DNA of 64,000 nucleotides from an uncultured Methanolobus sp. (GTDB lineage Archaea; Halobacteriota; Methanosarcinia; Methanosarcinales; Methanosarcinaceae): NCBI GenBank assembly GCA_963675495.1, contig OY776215.1, positions 2,464,001 to 2,528,000 of the forward strand, read 5' to 3'. Shown piece by piece: positions 61,888 to 64,000 of this stretch (position 1 is its first letter; each line of letters starts with the position of its first letter). The notes under the pieces were generated by a model. It saw only the letters and a program-made list of their open reading frames with translations, ran no database searches and was not told where the DNA came from. The position numbers and the translations under genes were made by a program.

Positions 61888-64000
61888 ATGACCGTCCCAA
61901 AAGAATATGACCCACACATTATAGAGCCTAAATGGCGTGATTCATGGAATATGTCCATGTATCATTTTGACTGGAAAGATGAAAGCAGGCCCCAGTTCAT
62001 AATTGATACGCCACCACCATATCCAACGGGAAATTTCCATATAGGTAATTCCCTTAACTGGTGTTACATCGATTTTGTTGCAAGATACAAACGAATGTGC
62101 GGGTATAATGTAATGTTCCCTCAGGGGTGGGACTGCCACGGTCTTCCTACTGAAGTGAAAGTTGAAGAGATCCATGGTATCACAAAGAACGAGGTTCCAA
62201 GAGAAGAGTTCAGGAACATGTGCCGTGAACTAACGGTTGGGAACATCGAGAAAATGAGGAACACAATGCTAAACCTCGGTTTCTCAACTGACTGGAGCAA
62301 TGAGTTTGTGACAATGGAGCCTGAATACTATTCCAAGACCCAGATGTCTTTCAGGAAGATGTATGATATGGACCGTCTTTATCAGTCCGAACATCCTGTT
62401 AACTGGTGTCCAAGATGTGAAACGGCAATTGCTTTTGCAGAAGTAGAATACGATTCCAGGGAAACGAAGCTCAATTACCTGCATTTTGATGATCTTGAGA
62501 TCGCAACCAGCAGACCGGAATTACTTGCAGCTTGCGTTGCGGTTGCCATCAATCCTGAAGACGAGCGGTATAAAGTGTATCTCAATTCAACTGTCAAAGT
62601 ACCTCTTTTTGGTCATGAGGTCAAGGTCATCGGTGACAAGGATGTAGATCCTGAATTTGGTACCGGTGCAGTTATGATATGTACTTTCGGTGATAAGCAG
62701 GATGTCAGATGGTGGCTGGAGCACAGTCTTCCACTGCGCAAGGCTATTGACAAAAGTGGTCTTATGACCGAGATTGCCGGCAAGTACAAGGGTATGTCTA
62801 TTCCTGAATGCAAGAAAGCCATCATTGAAGACCTTGAAAAGGAAGGTTATCTCTTTGAGCAGAAACCACTTGAACAGAATGTAGGTATGTGCTGGAGATG
62901 CAGCACTCCTATTGAGATTCTTTCCGAGCGCCAGTGGTTCATTAAGATAGACACTGATGAGGTCTCAAATGCATCAAACGAGATCGAGTGGCTGCCGGAG
63001 TATATGAAGGTCAGGCTTGACAACTGGACAAATACAATGGAGTGGGACTGGTGTATATCCCGCCAGAGGCTCTTTGCAACACCAATACCTGTGTGGTACT
63101 GCAAACATTGTGATGAAGTAATGGTTGCAAAGGAAGAATGGATGCCTATTGATCCTACACAGCAACAGCCACCAGAAGCCTGTCAATGTGGAAGCACAGA
63201 GTTTGAGGCAGAAAAGGATGTTCTGGATACATGGATGGATTCATCTATTACAGCACTTCATGTTTCAGGCTGGCTCACGGACCACGAAATGAGGCTGCCT
63301 GCACAACTTCGTCCACAGGGTCATGATATTATCAGGACCTGGGCATTCTATTCCATATTACGTTCCATGGCTATAACAGGCAAGAAACCATGGGATGCTA
63401 TCCTGGTTAACGGTATGGTGCTTGGTGAAGATGGTCACAAGATGAGCAAATCACTTGGTAATGTCATAGCTCCTGAAGAAGTGATAAAAGATTATAGTGC
63501 TGATTCATTCAGGCAGTGGGCTGCAATTGGCGGATCTCCTGGGTCTGATGTGATGTTCCGCTGGAAAGATGTTGTTTCAGCATCAAGGTTCTTCACAAAG
63601 ATGTGGAGTATCTACAGGTTCGGTATGTCCCATCTTGAAGAGTATGAGCACTGCGATATTGATGTTTCACAGCTTACGATCGTTGACAAATGGCTTCTTA
63701 GTAATCTGAACCGACTTATCATGTCAGTTACTCAGTCTATGGAGGCCTACCAGTTTGATGAAGCATTCAAAGCTGTCAGAGGTTTTACGTGGGATATCCT
63801 TGCAGACAATTACATCGAGCTTGTAAAAGCACGCCTCTATGGTGAAGATGAATCTGGAAAGCAGGCTGCAAGATATACATTATATGTTGCGATCGATGCT
63901 CTTTCCCGTTTGCTTGCGCCATTTGCACCGTTCTTTGCAGAGGAAATGTTCTCCCGTATAGGCGATGGCAGTGTTCATGTTAAGGAATGGCCAAAAGCCT
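61888..64000 (+). CDS. valS: Valyl-tRNA synthetase (truncated by window end; missing from the ORF track)
   Basis: MTVPKEYDP..., [57 protein letters not shown]. Confidence 0.95.
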   Translation, partial: MTVPKEYDPHIIEPKWRDSWNMSMYHFDWKDESRPQFIIDTPPPYPTGNFHIGNSLNWCYIDFVARYKRMCGYNVMFPQGWDCHGLPTEVKVEEIHGITKNEVPREEFRNMCRELTVGNIEKMRNTMLNLGFSTDWSNEFVTMEPEYYSKTQMSFRKMYDMDRLYQSEHPVNWCPRCETAIAFAEVEYDSRETKLNYLHFDDLEIATSRPELLAACVAVAINPEDERYKVYLNSTVKVPLFGHEVKVIGDKDVDPEFGTGAVMICTFGDKQDVRWWLEHSLPLRKAIDKSGLMTEIAGKYKGMSIPECKKAIIEDLEKEGYLFEQKPLEQNVGMCWRCSTPIEILSERQWFIKIDTDEVSNASNEIEWLPEYMKVRLDNWTNTMEWDWCISRQRLFATPIPVWYCKHCDEVMVAKEEWMPIDPTQQQPPEACQCGSTEFEAEKDVLDTWMDSSITALHVSGWLTDHEMRLPAQLRPQGHDIIRTWAFYSILRSMAITGKKPWDAILVNGMVLGEDGHKMSKSLGNVIAPEEVIKDYSADSFRQWAAIGGSPGSDVMFRWKDVVSASRFFTKMWSIYRFGMSHLEEYEHCDIDVSQLTIVDKWLLSNLNRLIMSVTQSMEAYQFDEAFKAVRGFTWDILADNYIELVKARLYGEDESGKQAARYTLYVAIDALSRLLAPFAPFFAEEMFSRIGDGSVHVKEWPKA

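Noticed and set aside
198-63186. Numerous antisense/overlapping ORFs in the six-frame track (e.g. 198..611, 20616..21155, 29331..29972, 31696..32367, 61942..63186)
   Set aside because: They are shadows of well-supported genes on the other strand or frame, with no motifs or RBS.
1-64000. CRISPR array, rRNA, intact transposase or intein
   Set aside because: No regularly spaced repeats, rRNA-like sequence or transposase motifs seen; Hel308, GlmS and the synthetases have normal lengths.

Overview
A 64-kb chromosomal segment from a methanogenic archaeon of the Methanosarcinaceae (Methanolobus/Methanococcoides-like, inferred from methanogen-type SerRS, methanogenesis marker 2, stand-alone NifB, AhbC and a sarcinarray/MAST protein). 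Most of it is housekeeping: preQ0/archaeosine genes queC-DUF366-queE-queD, nifB, gltX, serS, hisS, valS (cut by the window end), rps3ae, rps15, thiME, glmU-glmS-glmM-glmU, recJ-like, pcc1, trpB2, hel308, hisD, cobA-hemD-ahbC, ferritin and superoxide reductase. Two regions stand out. (1) An AT-rich accessory island downstream of tRNA-Thr(GGT), about 7.4-16.6 kb. It holds frameshifted remnants of a tyrosine integrase and a Zot/inovirus-pI-like ATPase (a decayed provirus), a membrane-anchored PD-(D/E)xK nuclease, an AAA-DUF4143 ATPase with a degenerate partial copy, and a NERD-helicase. (2) A surface-system locus at 37.2-46.4 kb: five proteins sharing a class III (prepilin-like) signal motif, including a 1352-aa giant, followed by a sarcinarray/MAST cell-surface protein. 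The giant's C-terminal tip and the MAST domain appear to share a distinct codon usage, suggesting an exchangeable paired cassette (recognition or toxin/immunity-like); this is the best candidate for an undescribed system. Other signals: an in-frame amber junction between cobA and hemD, probable ATC start codons, an unannotated 33-aa membrane peptide and a uORF-bearing leader before DUF2193-aquaporin. All family assignments come from motif recognition by eye; no database searches were run.
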